Notes: generated from the letters alone by a model not told the origin. Counted from the whole stretch's first letter, positions 1 to 11,599 are shown. The stretch is DNA of 63,233 nt, filler included, from Craspedostauros australis (GCA_030167865.1; 11 parts of 11 records of this genome joined end to end with filler, not necessarily neighbours in it); one strand, 5' to 3'. Numbers and translations: made by a program.

Positions 1-1
1 C

Positions 2-2146
2 GCAGGAAGCGGATTCCCGTCAGAGATACCGACTCTGTCAAGTGCTTCTCCATCATCTGTCCCCTCGTTGACGCCAAGCGAGACAAGCGAACTTCCCACG
101 ATGTCCAGTGTCGAGCCTTCGTCAGAGTCAGACGCACCAAGTTCTGAATCAGTGTCACCTTCGTTCATTCCGTCACAAGATCTTTCGTCAACCCCGACGC
201 AAGAAGATAGCGGATCTCCATCGGAAGAGCCATCATCAGCACCAAGCGACGCAACGGTGATGCCGACCAGCGCTCCAACGTCAGCGCCAAGTGTTGCATC
301 AGAATCGCCAACTTCCGACCCAACATCGGCACCCACCGTGATAACTGCGACGCCGACGAGTAGCCCAACATCGGCTCCAACAAAGAAGAACAGCGTATCA
401 CCGTCTGTCACACCATCAGCAACTCCAAGTGTTGCGATGGATTCGCCTACTTCCAATCCAACATCTGCGCCAACTGAAAAACACAGCGAATCGCCTTCGA
501 CCGCACCATCGTTGTCTCCAAGTGTTGCGACGGAATCACCGACAGCAAATCCAACATCAGCACCGACAAGAAGGGGAAGTGAATCGCCGTCAGCAAAGCC
601 TTCGTCAGCGCCAAGCGTTGCGACGGATTCGCCTACTTCGAATCCGACATCAGCACCGACAGAGAAGCACAGCGAGTCACCATCAAGAGCTCCATCGTCA
701 TCTCCAAGTGCTACGACGGAATCTCCGACAGAAACTCCAACATCAGCACCAACAGATAAGCACAGCGAATCACCGTCGGTCGCACCCTCAGCAACTCCAA
801 GTGCTGCGACGGATTCGCCCACTTCAAATCCAACATCTGCACCAACTGAACAACAAAGCCACTCGCCTTCTACTGCTCCGTCATCGAAGCCAAGTGTCGC
901 AACAGATTCGCCCACTTCGGACCCAACATCGGCGCCAACCGTAACAACTGCGACGCCGACGAGTAGCCCAACATCGGCTCCAACAGAGAAGCACAGCGAA
1001 TCGCCGTCAGTCGCACCATCAGCAACTCCAAGTATCGCAACAGATTCGCCCACTTCGGACCCAACATCGGCGCCAACCGTAACAACTGCGACGCCGACGA
1101 GTAGCCCAACATCGGCTCCAACAGAGAAGCACAGCGAATCGCCGTCAGTCGCACCATCAGCAACTCCAAGTATCGCAACAGATTCGCCCACTTCGAACCC
1201 AACATCGGCGCCAACCGTGACAACAGCAACACCAACGAGTAGCCCAACATCGGCTCCAACAGAGAAGCACAGCGAATCACCGTCAGTCGTACCATCAGCA
1301 ACTCCAAGTATCGCAACAGATTCGCCCACTTCGGACCCAACATCGGCGCCAACTGTGACAACAGCAACGCCGACAAGCAACCCAACATCGGCTCCAACAG
1401 AGAAGCACAGCGAATCACCGTCAGTCGTACCATCAGCAACTCCAAGTATCGCAACAGATTCGCCCACTTCGAACCCAACATCGGCGCCAACTGTGACAAC
1501 AGCAACACCAACGAGTAGCCCAACATCGGCTCCAACAGAGAAGCACAGCGAATCGCCTTCTGCTGCTCCGTCATCGAAGCCAAGTGTCGCGACTGATTCA
1601 CCCACTTCGAACCCAACATCGGCTCCAACTGTGACAACAGCAACGCCGACAAGCAACCCAACATCGGCGCCAACAGTTGCGACAGCAGCACCAACTAGCG
1701 CACCTTCGAGCGCACCTTCGTTGACACCGTCAGCCGATCCACTAATTTCTGTGTCAAGTGGAGAACATGATATTGTCAGAGACACTCCAAACACGATTGT
1801 GTTCAATGGAATGCCTGCAGCAGCGCTAAATACCGTCGTCACGGTCACCCTGAGCTTGAGGGGCGACTTTGGCCATCAGTCACAATTTTCGGTTGTCGTT
1901 TTGGATGAAACCGGTTCCGTAATTGGCACCTTCGTTCCCAACCCTGGCTCCACCGAACACTCCGGGGATTGCAATATGGTACCATACCAGACAGATTTCG
2001 TCGTGACAGCGGCGGTCTTCAACTCGAATCTGATGGGTTCACAGCTGACCGTTCGGGTTGACCACTCAGAAGCCGTGGGATCCTTCTGCAGTGAAGAAGG
2101 TCAGGAAGATTCTGTGCAAGTCTCCATCGAGTACACCAGACAGTAA
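2..2146 (+). CDS. Pro/Thr/Ser-rich mucin-like (PT-repeat) surface protein with a C-terminal ~135-aa globular domain; 5' end lies outside the window
   Basis: The frame is open from base 2 to TAA at 2146. SPTSNPTSAPT-type repeats fill ~560 aa, followed by a non-repetitive beta-rich domain with 2 Cys. Confidence 0.8.
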   Translation, partial: AGSGFPSEIPTLSSASPSSVPSLTPSETSELPTMSSVEPSSESDAPSSESVSPSFIPSQDLSSTPTQEDSGSPSEEPSSAPSDATVMPTSAPTSAPSVASESPTSDPTSAPTVITATPTSSPTSAPTKKNSVSPSVTPSATPSVAMDSPTSNPTSAPTEKHSESPSTAPSLSPSVATESPTANPTSAPTRRGSESPSAKPSSAPSVATDSPTSNPTSAPTEKHSESPSRAPSSSPSATTESPTETPTSAPTDKHSESPSVAPSATPSAATDSPTSNPTSAPTEQQSHSPSTAPSSKPSVATDSPTSDPTSAPTVTTATPTSSPTSAPTEKHSESPSVAPSATPSIATDSPTSDPTSAPTVTTATPTSSPTSAPTEKHSESPSVAPSATPSIATDSPTSNPTSAPTVTTATPTSSPTSAPTEKHSESPSVVPSATPSIATDSPTSDPTSAPTVTTATPTSNPTSAPTEKHSESPSVVPSATPSIATDSPTSNPTSAPTVTTATPTSSPTSAPTEKHSESPSAAPSSKPSVATDSPTSNPTSAPTVTTATPTSNPTSAPTVATAAPTSAPSSAPSLTPSADPLISVSSGEHDIVRDTPNTIVFNGMPAAALNTVVTVTLSLRGDFGHQSQFSVVVLDETGSVIGTFVPNPGSTEHSGDCNMVPYQTDFVVTAAVFNSNLMGSQLTVRVDHSEAVGSFCSEEGQEDSVQVSIEYTRQ
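430..1690 (+). repeat. Coding tandem repeats: 93-bp (31 aa) units followed by 138-bp (46 aa) units
   Basis: AACAGATTCGCCCACTTCG recurs at 901, 1039, 1177 and onward (period 138). The earlier TDSPTSNPTSAPTEKHSESPS units have a 31-aa period. Confidence 0.9.
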
Positions 2147-2500
2147 AAATAGACTCCATTGCAAGCACTCGACGCCAAGCTCGCCAGTGAGACTACGAGG
2201 TTGTGGGGGCTGCTGCTTGAGTAGATGCTGAGAAGGTAATAGAAGCAAGATATTCCAGAGACAAAAGCAAGGAACCACAAGAGCACATCAGACATCAACT
2301 GCCAATCTTCACTGATAGCCTCCAGAGTAATCATACTCTAGTGTCATTTTTCCCGAATATCTTAGTCATGTGGACGCCGGCTCAATACTCCAGTGCCTCC
2401 CCACCACACTGGCACGTCGTCACCAGATCACTCGGCGAGAGCACAAGGTTCTGTCCTCCTCGACCGACCAGGAAGTATGCTACAAATAAGTACCGTAATT

Positions 2501-2528
2501 GAGTAGAGTAGAGTAGAGTAGAGTAGAG
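2501..2528. repeat. (GAGTA)n microsatellite
   Basis: gagtagagtagagtagagtagagtagag read directly. Confidence 0.9.
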
Positions 2529-3065
2529 ACGGAGCTTGCAAAGATCGTTGAGTGTCTGGCCTCGGTGTACGGATTTCGCACCTGGCCAATCTAGCACTCG
2601 TACAAGTGTATGCGGGAGTATGTATGTATTCTTTGTTTTCGCAAGTCAACACTCGAGTCCTTCACGCGAATGCAGTTTTGGGACACACTAGCAATTTAAA
2701 AGCGATATCTTGGGACAGGTTTGACCCGGGACTGTGCTGGGACACACCGGTCCAGTCGTGTACATCGTGCTTGGTACATCTACTCACCCATGAGATAAGA
2801 TGCCACCAAATACACTGTGCGTGGCCCAACTTGTAAGCTGCACCTCGTCTAGCCTGCAACCCATCAGCAGCTGTCGCATGAATGACATCATGCACAGCAG
2901 CTGGTAGAGCAGCCGGCCACGCAAATAACCTCAGAGGAGAACATCTGTGTCCTCCCCCTCTTTTTCAAGGCGTCCCACCAGCCAACGGAGCTCGCCAACA
3001 CTGATCCAATGAGGTCAGCTCTTGCCCTTGAGGCATGTCCATGCCAAGGTCAATCCCTGTCCTCT

Positions 3066-3239
3066 CAAACAGGGATACGTGTGAAACGGTTAAAACAGGG
3101 TTAACGTGCGAACACGGGCATCGCCCAACTACAGGAGAACAGTGTACTCTCTGACAATCCTACACGACCCTATAACCCTTATAATCTGAATCCTTTGGGT
3201 TTCCAACCCTCAATGACAATCCGTGTGTGTGTTAACTTG
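3066..3239 (+). repeat. 5' LTR (174 bp, CAAAC...ACTTG)
   Basis: Matches 9290-9463 except for 3 transitions. Confidence 0.93.
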
Positions 3240-3260
3240 GTTTATCATTACGCATCCGCT
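3240..3260 (+). promoter_or_regulatory. Putative primer-binding site GTTTATCATTACGCATCCGCT
   Basis: Lies immediately 3' of the 5' LTR. Its reverse complement AGCGGATGCGTAATGATAAAC resembles the D-arm/anticodon half of initiator tRNA-Met with a looped-out segment. Confidence 0.5.
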
Positions 3261-3710
3261 CACACGGGCCATGCGCAAGCACGCGGGGACCGCCTGAAGA
3301 GGCGATGACAATACTGGGACCCCGCTCCGAGGGTGGACCGCCGTGAGCCGGCACAGCTTGGAATCGTGTTGCATCCCCTTTGACAATGATGTTCTGGTAC
3401 ATGTTGGCCGGTGCCAGAGGGATGTACTCCCACCGTTCGCTTTGGCGTGGTGTGGATGGCAAGACAAGGTGGACGCACCGACCGCAGGCCACGCGGAACT
3501 CCTATTGAGACACGCGCTCCTACTGAGTGAAAGACCGTGTGCCTCGTCGCCACATCCGTGCTTCTCAACGTGGGTCGAAAACAACGACACACACTCGAAA
3601 CACTCACACGACGAAACACGCTCTGTCCCAGCGGGGATTTCTGTCACAACCCAACACCTTGTTGCTTTTACTTCTCCCCTTTTGCATCCAACAACCATAC
3701 GACAGCCAAC

Positions 3711-5191
3711 ATGTTGACCAACAGCGACGAAATCTGCAACTACCTTATCAATGTCATGGGTTTCACCAAGGCCGACATCGGCGAGGCACTCAGTACACAA
3801 GGACTGAACACCTTTGACGACCTACTCATGTTCTCCGACAACGACTTGGAGAAGCTCTGCGACCGTATCCGTAAGGGAAGCGGTCTCGTAGCCAACCCAG
3901 CACAGACATCGGGCAATCGCTCTACCACTCCGGCACAGATCAAGGATCCCGGAGTCACTATCGGATGGGTGCATGAACTAAAGCTTCGAAAGCTCCGCTA
4001 TGTGCGCTTCCATTTCGATTGCGTCCAATGTCCTTTCTCCGCTGCCGAAGCACCGATTGAACGTCTCAACGCCCTCTGGTCCCTCTTTGAAGAGGAAGTC
4101 CGTGCAAAGGACTCACCATCGATGGACCTGCCCGATCCCCTCACTCGTGTGGATAACGTCCGCGAGACTCTCGAGGACATCGCGAACTACCTTGAGAATA
4201 CACTCGGTGCCAGCGACATCCCCTTGTCGTACATCATACGCGAAAACCCACTCAAACCTGAAGACAGAATGCCAGCGGTCCATACTCCATTCGGCACACC
4301 ATCCCTCAAAGAGGAACTTATCGACAGGGCTGCCCACGTAGGCCTCAAGCACAAGGCTGACAATGCGGCCGTGTGGCAGGTCATCCGCCACGTGACTCAT
4401 GGTGGACCAGCATGGAACTGGGGCAAGGCAATGAGCAATCCCGAGATGGACACACTGCATACCTGACACTCCAAGAACACTACCGCGGTGACTCCTATCA
4501 AGTCCGAACCAAGGCAACCGCGACCGGCATCATCAACAACACCTTCTACGATGGCAAGTCACGCAACTTCACATTCGAAACATACACCCAACGCTTGAAC
4601 TCTGCCTTCGAAGATATGGCTGCATGTGGTGAACCGCTCGTCGAGAACGCCAAAGTCCGGCACCTGATGCATGGCATTCGTGTGCCACACCTGACCACCG
4701 CGTGTGATGCCATCATGCTCAATGAAAGCATCCGTACCAGCTTCCCCGCCACCGTGAATGCACTCAGCGAAGTGATCGGCCGAAAACAGGCATCGACTCC
4801 CACGCGTCAAATCTCGTCCATGGGACGTAACAGCAACGGCGGCGGTCGTGGCGGTCATTACCGAGCCAACAAACCAGGACGTGGAGGCCAAGGGCGAACC
4901 AAACAGTACAACCCCAACATGGTCATCACTGACCGTCACTATCTCCCTGAAGAGTGGGCAGTCATGTCATCCGCCCAAAAGGCACGCGCATTGGAGTTGC
5001 GCGGCGCACGTGACAAGCGCCGCGGTGTGATGTCTGTTGGCCGGGGCAACCCTCCCAAGCGTCCACGTGAGGATACGGATGGCCATTTTGGGCCTCCAAC
5101 CCCACCAAACCAGAACAACAATGCTGGTACCAACCAAACCGCTGGGATTGGTTCCATGATGTCTCGCCGCAACCAAAACAACCGTTCCTGA
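3711..5191 (+). pseudogene. gag: gag of the CoDi-type element, with a 1-nt frameshift near 4425
   Basis: ORFs 3537-4466 and 4373-5191 join into one Gag (GASDIPLSYIIR, AWNW|GNEQSRDG, YDGKSRNFTFE). The C-terminus is RGG-rich with no CCHC knuckle. Confidence 0.85.
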
Positions 5192-8100
5192 TCGCAACAT
5201 GGAGGGAACCGACAGATCACATCTGTTCATCTCTCCTTGTCATCTGACACGCCGCGAGCGGAGTTCGACTCACACGCTGACACATGTTGCTTTGGCGACA
5301 CAGCATACATTGTGCACACCACGAACCAAACTGTGACTGCAACTCCCTTTCTTGACTCACTCGGGAACATCGACAACGTGCCAATCGTCACAGCAGCGAT
5401 AGCATATGATGATCCCGTAACATACCAAACATTTGTTCTTTTCTTCCCACAATCGATCTACTTTCCTCGTCTTGAGCACCCGTTATTGTGCCCGAATCAG
5501 ATGCGAGCTGCTGGTGTTGTTATTAATGATGTTCCATTACTCATGATCAATGAGGATGAACGGAAACCGGAGGATCACTCGGTGATCTCCTCCCTTAACA
5601 ACCTCCACATCCCGCTCCGACTACGTGGTACCATATCATACTTCCACACACGAAAACCGACAAGACAAGAAGTCCAATCTGACCATGACTGTATCCACAT
5701 TATGATGACACAGGAGTCCACCTGGGACCCAGCACACTGGTCGGCAGGGGACGACGAGGACGCCATCAGAGCGACCATCCAAACCATACAAACGCCCATG
5801 TCGCCAACGATTACACGAGACATCAAAGCAGTCAGTGGGACACAGTCCTCCAATCGAAAGGGGACGATCACGCCAGAAGCACTGGCACGACGCTGGCGTA
5901 TCGGCGTTGACGCGGCTACACGAACACTACAGGCCACAACGCATCTGGCTATGCGCGACTTTCGCAATACAACGGGTACACGACGACTCAATCCATATGC
6001 CATGCAACTGCGTTATCGTCGCCTGAACACACAAGTGTATGCCGACACGATGCACGCGAAAACGAAATCAATCCATGGCAACAAATATGCAATGATATAT
6101 TGCACACCATTCCACTGGGTCCGTGTGTATCCTGTGACGGAACGCAAGAACGCACACCTCACCCTTGATGAGATGTTTCGCGATCACGGCATTCCCCACA
6201 CAATCATACCTGACAACGCAAAGGAGCTCGTGGCTGGCGAGTTCCGACGCAAACTGCACAAGGCGCAAGTGTCTATCCGTCCGATCGAGGCGTACATACA
6301 CAACCAAAACCGTGCAGAGGCGACTATCCGCGAACTGCGTCGCCACTATCGCCGCTTGATGACTTCCACTAACACGCCCGAATACCTGTGGGACTACTGC
6401 TTTGAATATTGCGCGGAGATCCGAAGCCATACAGCGCTATCTGTATACGATCTGCATGGAGAAACACCCGCCACCATCCTATCAGGCGACACAGCCGACA
6501 TCTCACACATTGCCGAATTTGCATGGTTTGACTTTGTCTGGTACATCAACATACAGGATGCCTCCATGAACGTGAAGCAACTCGGGCGTTATTTGGGGCC
6601 AAGCCGTTCTGTCGGCGAGGCCATGTGCTCGTACATACTCACCGCCAGTGGCGTCGTTGTTTCCAAATCCTCTGTCTTGCCTCTTTCACACGATGATACG
6701 AACGACGACGTGCTCAAACAAAAACAAACCGACTTCATGACCAAACTGAGCACCAAATGGAATAAACGCATGGAGGGCATGATGCCAGATGACGACGGCG
6801 ACGAAGTCAACGACACCGCCGCCGACATCGCCTACCTGCAGAACACAGAGCCATTGGAACCCATCGTCGAACCCGAAGACGTCGCCAGCGAGGTGTACAA
6901 TCGCTACATCACAGCGAAGGTCGTTCTGCCGACAGGGGACGAGATGCGATTCGGCACCGTGAAGCGAAGGAAACGAGACGCAGATGGCAACCTCATTGGA
7001 CATTCGCACGACAATCCGATGCTCGACACATCACGCTACGAGGTCGAATTCCTCGACGGACATCAGGAGGCATTCAGTGCCAACCAGATCGCAGAGAACA
7101 TTTATGCTCGTGTCGACGACGATGGATACGAGACCGTCCTCATGGACGAGATCATCGATCACAAACGCTTACCCTCTGTCTCTTTTGCTTCTCACAAAAC
7201 GAAATCCACAAAAGGATGGAAACTGTGCATACGCTGGAAAGATGGATCAACCTCATGGATACACTTGCGTGACGCGAAGGAGGCCGACCCCGTCCGTGTG
7301 GCTGAATACGCGGAGGCCAATCTCCTTGTCCACAAACCAGCATTCAAGTGGTGGGTGCCACACACCCTCCGCAAGCGGCAGCGCATCATCATGGCAACCA
7401 AACGGAGACAAGTGCGCAAACAAGAGATGTTTGGTGTGGCATTGCCAACCTCCGTGCGACATGCACTTGCTATCGATGCGGAATCGGGCACTGACATGTG
7501 GCGTAAGGCGATCGAGAAAGGGATGAAAGCCGTGCGCCCTGCCTTCGATATCAAAGAGACCGACACGCCCAATCCCGTTGGACATCAATACATGGAGTGC
7601 CACATGATCTTCGCGGTGAAGGTCGACCTCACACGAAAAGCGCGATTGGTGGCTGGTGGCCACATGACAGAGGCACCAGCGGCCATCACCTATGCGAGTG
7701 TGGTGTCACGCGAGAGCGTGCGCATCGCATTCATGCTTGCTGCACTCAACGACTGCAACATACTGGCAGCCGACGTCCAAAACGCATACCTGAACCCACC
7801 GTGTAGAGAACGAATATACACGCAATGCGGACCCGAGTTCGGGTCCGATCAAGGCAAGATTGCCGTCATCTGTCGGGCCTTGTACGGCCTGAAATCCAGC
7901 GGAGCCGCTTGGCGAGCGCATCTGGCTGAGACACTGCGCGATTCGATGGGATACACATCCTGCCGCGCAGACAGCGACGTCTGGATGAAACCAGCTGTGG
8001 CGAGCGATGGGTCAGAGTATTATAAATACGTGCTTGTGTATACAGACGACATCCTTGCGGTGTCCAAACAACCCCAGCGCATCCTAGATGCAATTGGCTC

Positions 8101-9118
8101 ACACTTCTTCCTCAAACCGAGTTCCATCAGCCCTCCTACTACTTACCTTGGATCCACTATCGCGCCATACCACATTGACTCTGATGCAACACGTCCCAAA
8201 TGGAGCATGGGATCACGTGCCTACATACGAGCCGCCATCAAGATCGTGACGAAATAGCTCACAGACCGACAAGGGCGCCTCAAGACAAAGGCACCCAGTG
8301 TGATACCGAACAGCTACCGACCTGAATTGGATGCAACACCGTTGTGCGATGCAGAAGAGACGCAATTCTACCAGCAACTGATCGGCATCCTGCGCTGGAC
8401 CGTTGAGCTGGGTCGCATTGACATCTGCTGTGAAACATCCATGATGTCCTCATACTGTGCTGCGCCACGTACGGGTCACCTGCGAACGCTCTTCCACATG
8501 TTTGCCTATCTGAACTCACACGACCGTTCTCGTCTTGTCTTTGATGATGCATACGTTGACAAACCTGCTGTGATACAACCGGAGTGGGGCGACTTCTACG
8601 CCGACGCCCACGAACAGATACCGAACGACATGCCACCACCGCGTGGAAAGGAGGTCCAGATGACCTGCTTTGTTGACGTTGACCATGCTGGCGATCGGGT
8701 GACGCGTCGATCGCGCACCGGAGTCCTACTGCATCTGAACTCATCGCCTATCCTATGGCACAGCAAGAAACAAAACAGCATCGAAACATCCACATTCGGC
8801 AGCGAGTTCACCGCACTCAAGGTGGCGACGGAGATCGTCATCGGTATGCGCTACAAGTTGCGAATGATGGGCGTCCCTTTGGACGGCCCTACGGACATGC
8901 GCGTCGACAACCAGAGCGTTGTGTACAACGCCTCACTCCCCGCGTCACAGCTACGAAAGAAAGCCAACGCCATTGCATATCATTTCGTCCGAGAAAGCAT
9001 CGCAGCCGGTGTGATGACCGTCTCATACGAGCCATCAGAAACCAACCTCGCCGATATGCTCACCAAACCACAGTCAGGGCCAAGACGAACCACTCAAGCA
9101 CAATGTGTTTTATTCTAA
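5192..9118 (+). pseudogene. pol: pol (PR-IN-chromodomain-like-RT-RNase H) with an in-frame TAG at 8255-8257
   Basis: ORFs 5237-8257 and 8300-9118 are in the same frame and all catalytic motifs are recognisable. Confidence 0.92.
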
Positions 9119-9281
9119 CAGACAGACTGCGCGACAGTACCCATGGATGGTCGACCACGGATTCAATCCGTGGTGGATGGGATGAGCGCCCTGTGGTGCC
9201 CACGCATGGGGCATGCAGCAGGTACATACCGTGTGAAATGAAAATGTGACGATCCGACAGTCAGCAGAGCCACAGCGAATC

Positions 9282-9288
9282 GAGGGGA
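9282..9288 (+). promoter_or_regulatory. Polypurine tract GAGGGGA
   Basis: Purine run ending 1 nt before the 3' LTR. Confidence 0.7.
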
Positions 9289-9289
9289 C

Positions 9290-9463
9290 CAAACAGGGAT
9301 ACGTGTGAAACGGTTAAAACGGGGTTAACGTGCGAACACGGGCATCGCCCAACTACAGGAGAACAGTGTACTCTCTGACAATCCTACACGACCCTATAAC
9401 CCTTATAATTTGAATCCTTTGGGTTTCCAACCCTCAATGACGATCCGTGTGTGTGTTAACTTG
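9290..9463 (+). repeat. 3' LTR (174 bp)
   Basis: Direct repeat of 3066-3239. Confidence 0.93.
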
Positions 9464-9677
9464 CTCTGACGGCACCTCTGATGATGATAATCCAAGCCAA
9501 CAAGAACGAAACATGACGAGGCCAGAACGGACATAGCGCGAAAGCATGACCCCTTCTTTTTTACTTCATCACTCCACCTGTAGCTCAACAACCAATCATA
9601 AACAAGCAATTAGAAACATCTTCAACAGCTGTGCTCCTCAATTCACTAGTTCACATCATCGTCTTCAATACCTTGGT

Positions 9678-10490
9678 TGTTGAGATGTACATGTGAGTAT
9701 ATGTCGAGATGTACGTGTATATGTGCATCGTTCACCCGTTATTCTCTCATACGCACTTGGACGGCATAACTACATTCGTGTCGATAGTATACTGTGATTC
9801 GTCAGAATTACAACAGAAATGGAACACACGAAAATGAGCAGAATTTCTGGAGGAAATTTGCAATCGACGATTTCTGAGAGAATTGGAAATATCGTCCGTC
9901 CATCCATCAATGGAAACGTAAGGTACCAAGCGAATCTCGAGGTACTTCCCAACTAAACCTCAGATGACGATATCATCTGACAGACTACTGCATCACCAAT
10001 GGAACATGACATCTGGAGAGCAGAAGGACGCCTACTGATGTTGACAGGATGTCATCATGTCACCACGTTGACATCTGTCTCCAAGTCAGAGCAGGAGGCA
10101 AAGATCCGATGTCTGAAGGACATCAGGATCATGGATACGGGAGACAAACTTCAAATGGTAAGTACTCATGGAGTAGGAACCAGTACTGAACGAACGGAGT
10201 GTCAAATGCGGAGTGCGCATCGAACATGTAGTATCGCGTAGCACGAAGCACACGATGCTGAGACAGAGAGAGAGAGAGAATACAGAGAGGAGCAAGAGAG
10301 CATCTCGCACACCAACTCATAGTTGGAGATCGAATCTACAAAACAGATTGAAGCACCGAGAGCATTGGGCAAGAGAACGGGTGTACACCGAGAGGATCGG
10401 AGTAGCCAAGTAATGAAATAGCAAACGAACGACTATCAACCAACACCATCTTCCACGATCATAGGTTACTGTGAGCGGAACTTGCCAACA
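9678..10490 (+). mobile_element. LTR family A copy (TGTTGAGA...TTGCCAACA, ~810 bp)
   Basis: End-to-end similar to 24354-25231, with TG...CA ends. No TSD seen at this copy. Confidence 0.85.
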
Positions 10491-10501
10491 TAGATTGGTC
10501 A

Positions 10502-11147
10502 CCGACTATGAGTCAGTACGTGAGATGCTCTCTCGCTGCTATTCGTATTTTCTCTCTCTCAATATCGTGTGTTCGTGTTGCGCGATACTCCGTGTTCGAT
10601 GCGTGCTCCACGTTTGACACTTCATTCATTCACTACTGGCTTGCTACTCCACAAGTGCTTGCCACTTGAACTCCCTCTTGTATATCCACGATCTCGATGC
10701 CCTTCGATCATTGAATCTTCACCTTCTGGTTCTGACATGGAGACAGATGTCGACGTGGTGACATGATGACATCCTGTCGACATCAGCTGTCATGTTCCTT
10801 GTTCCTCCAGATGTCACGTTCCATTGATGATGTCGATGGCCTGATGAAGATGTCATCATTTGAGGTCTAGTTGGGAAGTACATCGAGGCTCGCTCGATGT
10901 CGTACGTTTCCATTGATGGATGGACGGACGATGTTCCTGATACTCTCAGAAATCGTTGTCTGAAAATTTCCTCCAGAAATTCTGCTCATTTTCGTGTGTT
11001 CCATTTCTGCTGTAATTCTGACGAATCACATTATACTATTGACACGAATGTAGTTGTACCATCCGTACACGAGTATAAGAGAATAACGGGTGAACGATGC
11101 AAATATACGCGTACATCTTGACACATACACGCATGTACATCTCGACA
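10502..11147 (-). mobile_element. LTR family A copy, inverted and 3'-truncated
   Basis: Reverse complement of family A, ending in ...CATCTCGACA at 11147 (= TGTCGAGATG start). Confidence 0.85.
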
Positions 11148-11599
11148 GCCCAGGCTGGACCATACCAACAAGATCAAATCAGTCCTCTGCACTGATCCCA
11201 GATCGGACCAAGCTATCCACAATCTTACCGCCGTCCTCCACCATGGAGGAATGACCCACATCAATGAGATCCAACAGATCACCATCACCACAAGGCTCAA
11301 TGAGGAGCTTGAACGGTTGGCAGACAAAGAAAACAAAGATCTCATGCGTGAAGTCATTGGTGACCTTGACGCATGGAATGCGCATGCCGCTATCTTGGGC
11401 AGCAGCACGGCCAACGCTACGATTAGCTTTCTTGCTTCCAGTCAACTCACATTACGACATGAGATGAAGGGGAGTAATGGAGCTAAACTAGCATTTAGGA
11501 TAAGGAAGGATTTCTCAACACACACGACTCGTTTCCCCATGAATTGGTCCGAAACACGTATCAGATATAACCACGTTTGGAACAGGCACAAGTCATTAA

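Larger units (their letters stand above)
3066..9463 (+). mobile_element. Full-length Ty1/Copia LTR retrotransposon, diatom CoDi-type, inactivated by a frameshift and a premature stop
   Basis: Two 174-bp direct repeats; gag; PR (DSHADT); IN; RT (KARLVAGG, LYGLKSSG, YTDD); RNase H (DHAGD, ADMLTKP). The PR-IN-RT-RH order is Copia. CTCT flanks both ends. Confidence 0.95.

Noticed and set aside
165..1694. Antisense and alternative-frame ORFs over the mucin and TE genes
   Set aside because: Shadow ORFs caused by repeats and codon bias.
4415..4440. Programmed frameshift inside gag
   Set aside because: No slippery heptamer, and it falls in the middle of a conserved Gag motif; best explained as a 1-nt deletion or sequencing error.
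8255..8257. Readthrough stop between RT and RNase H
   Set aside because: It lies within pol and is one transition from a sense codon (TGG/CAG); likely an inactivating mutation.
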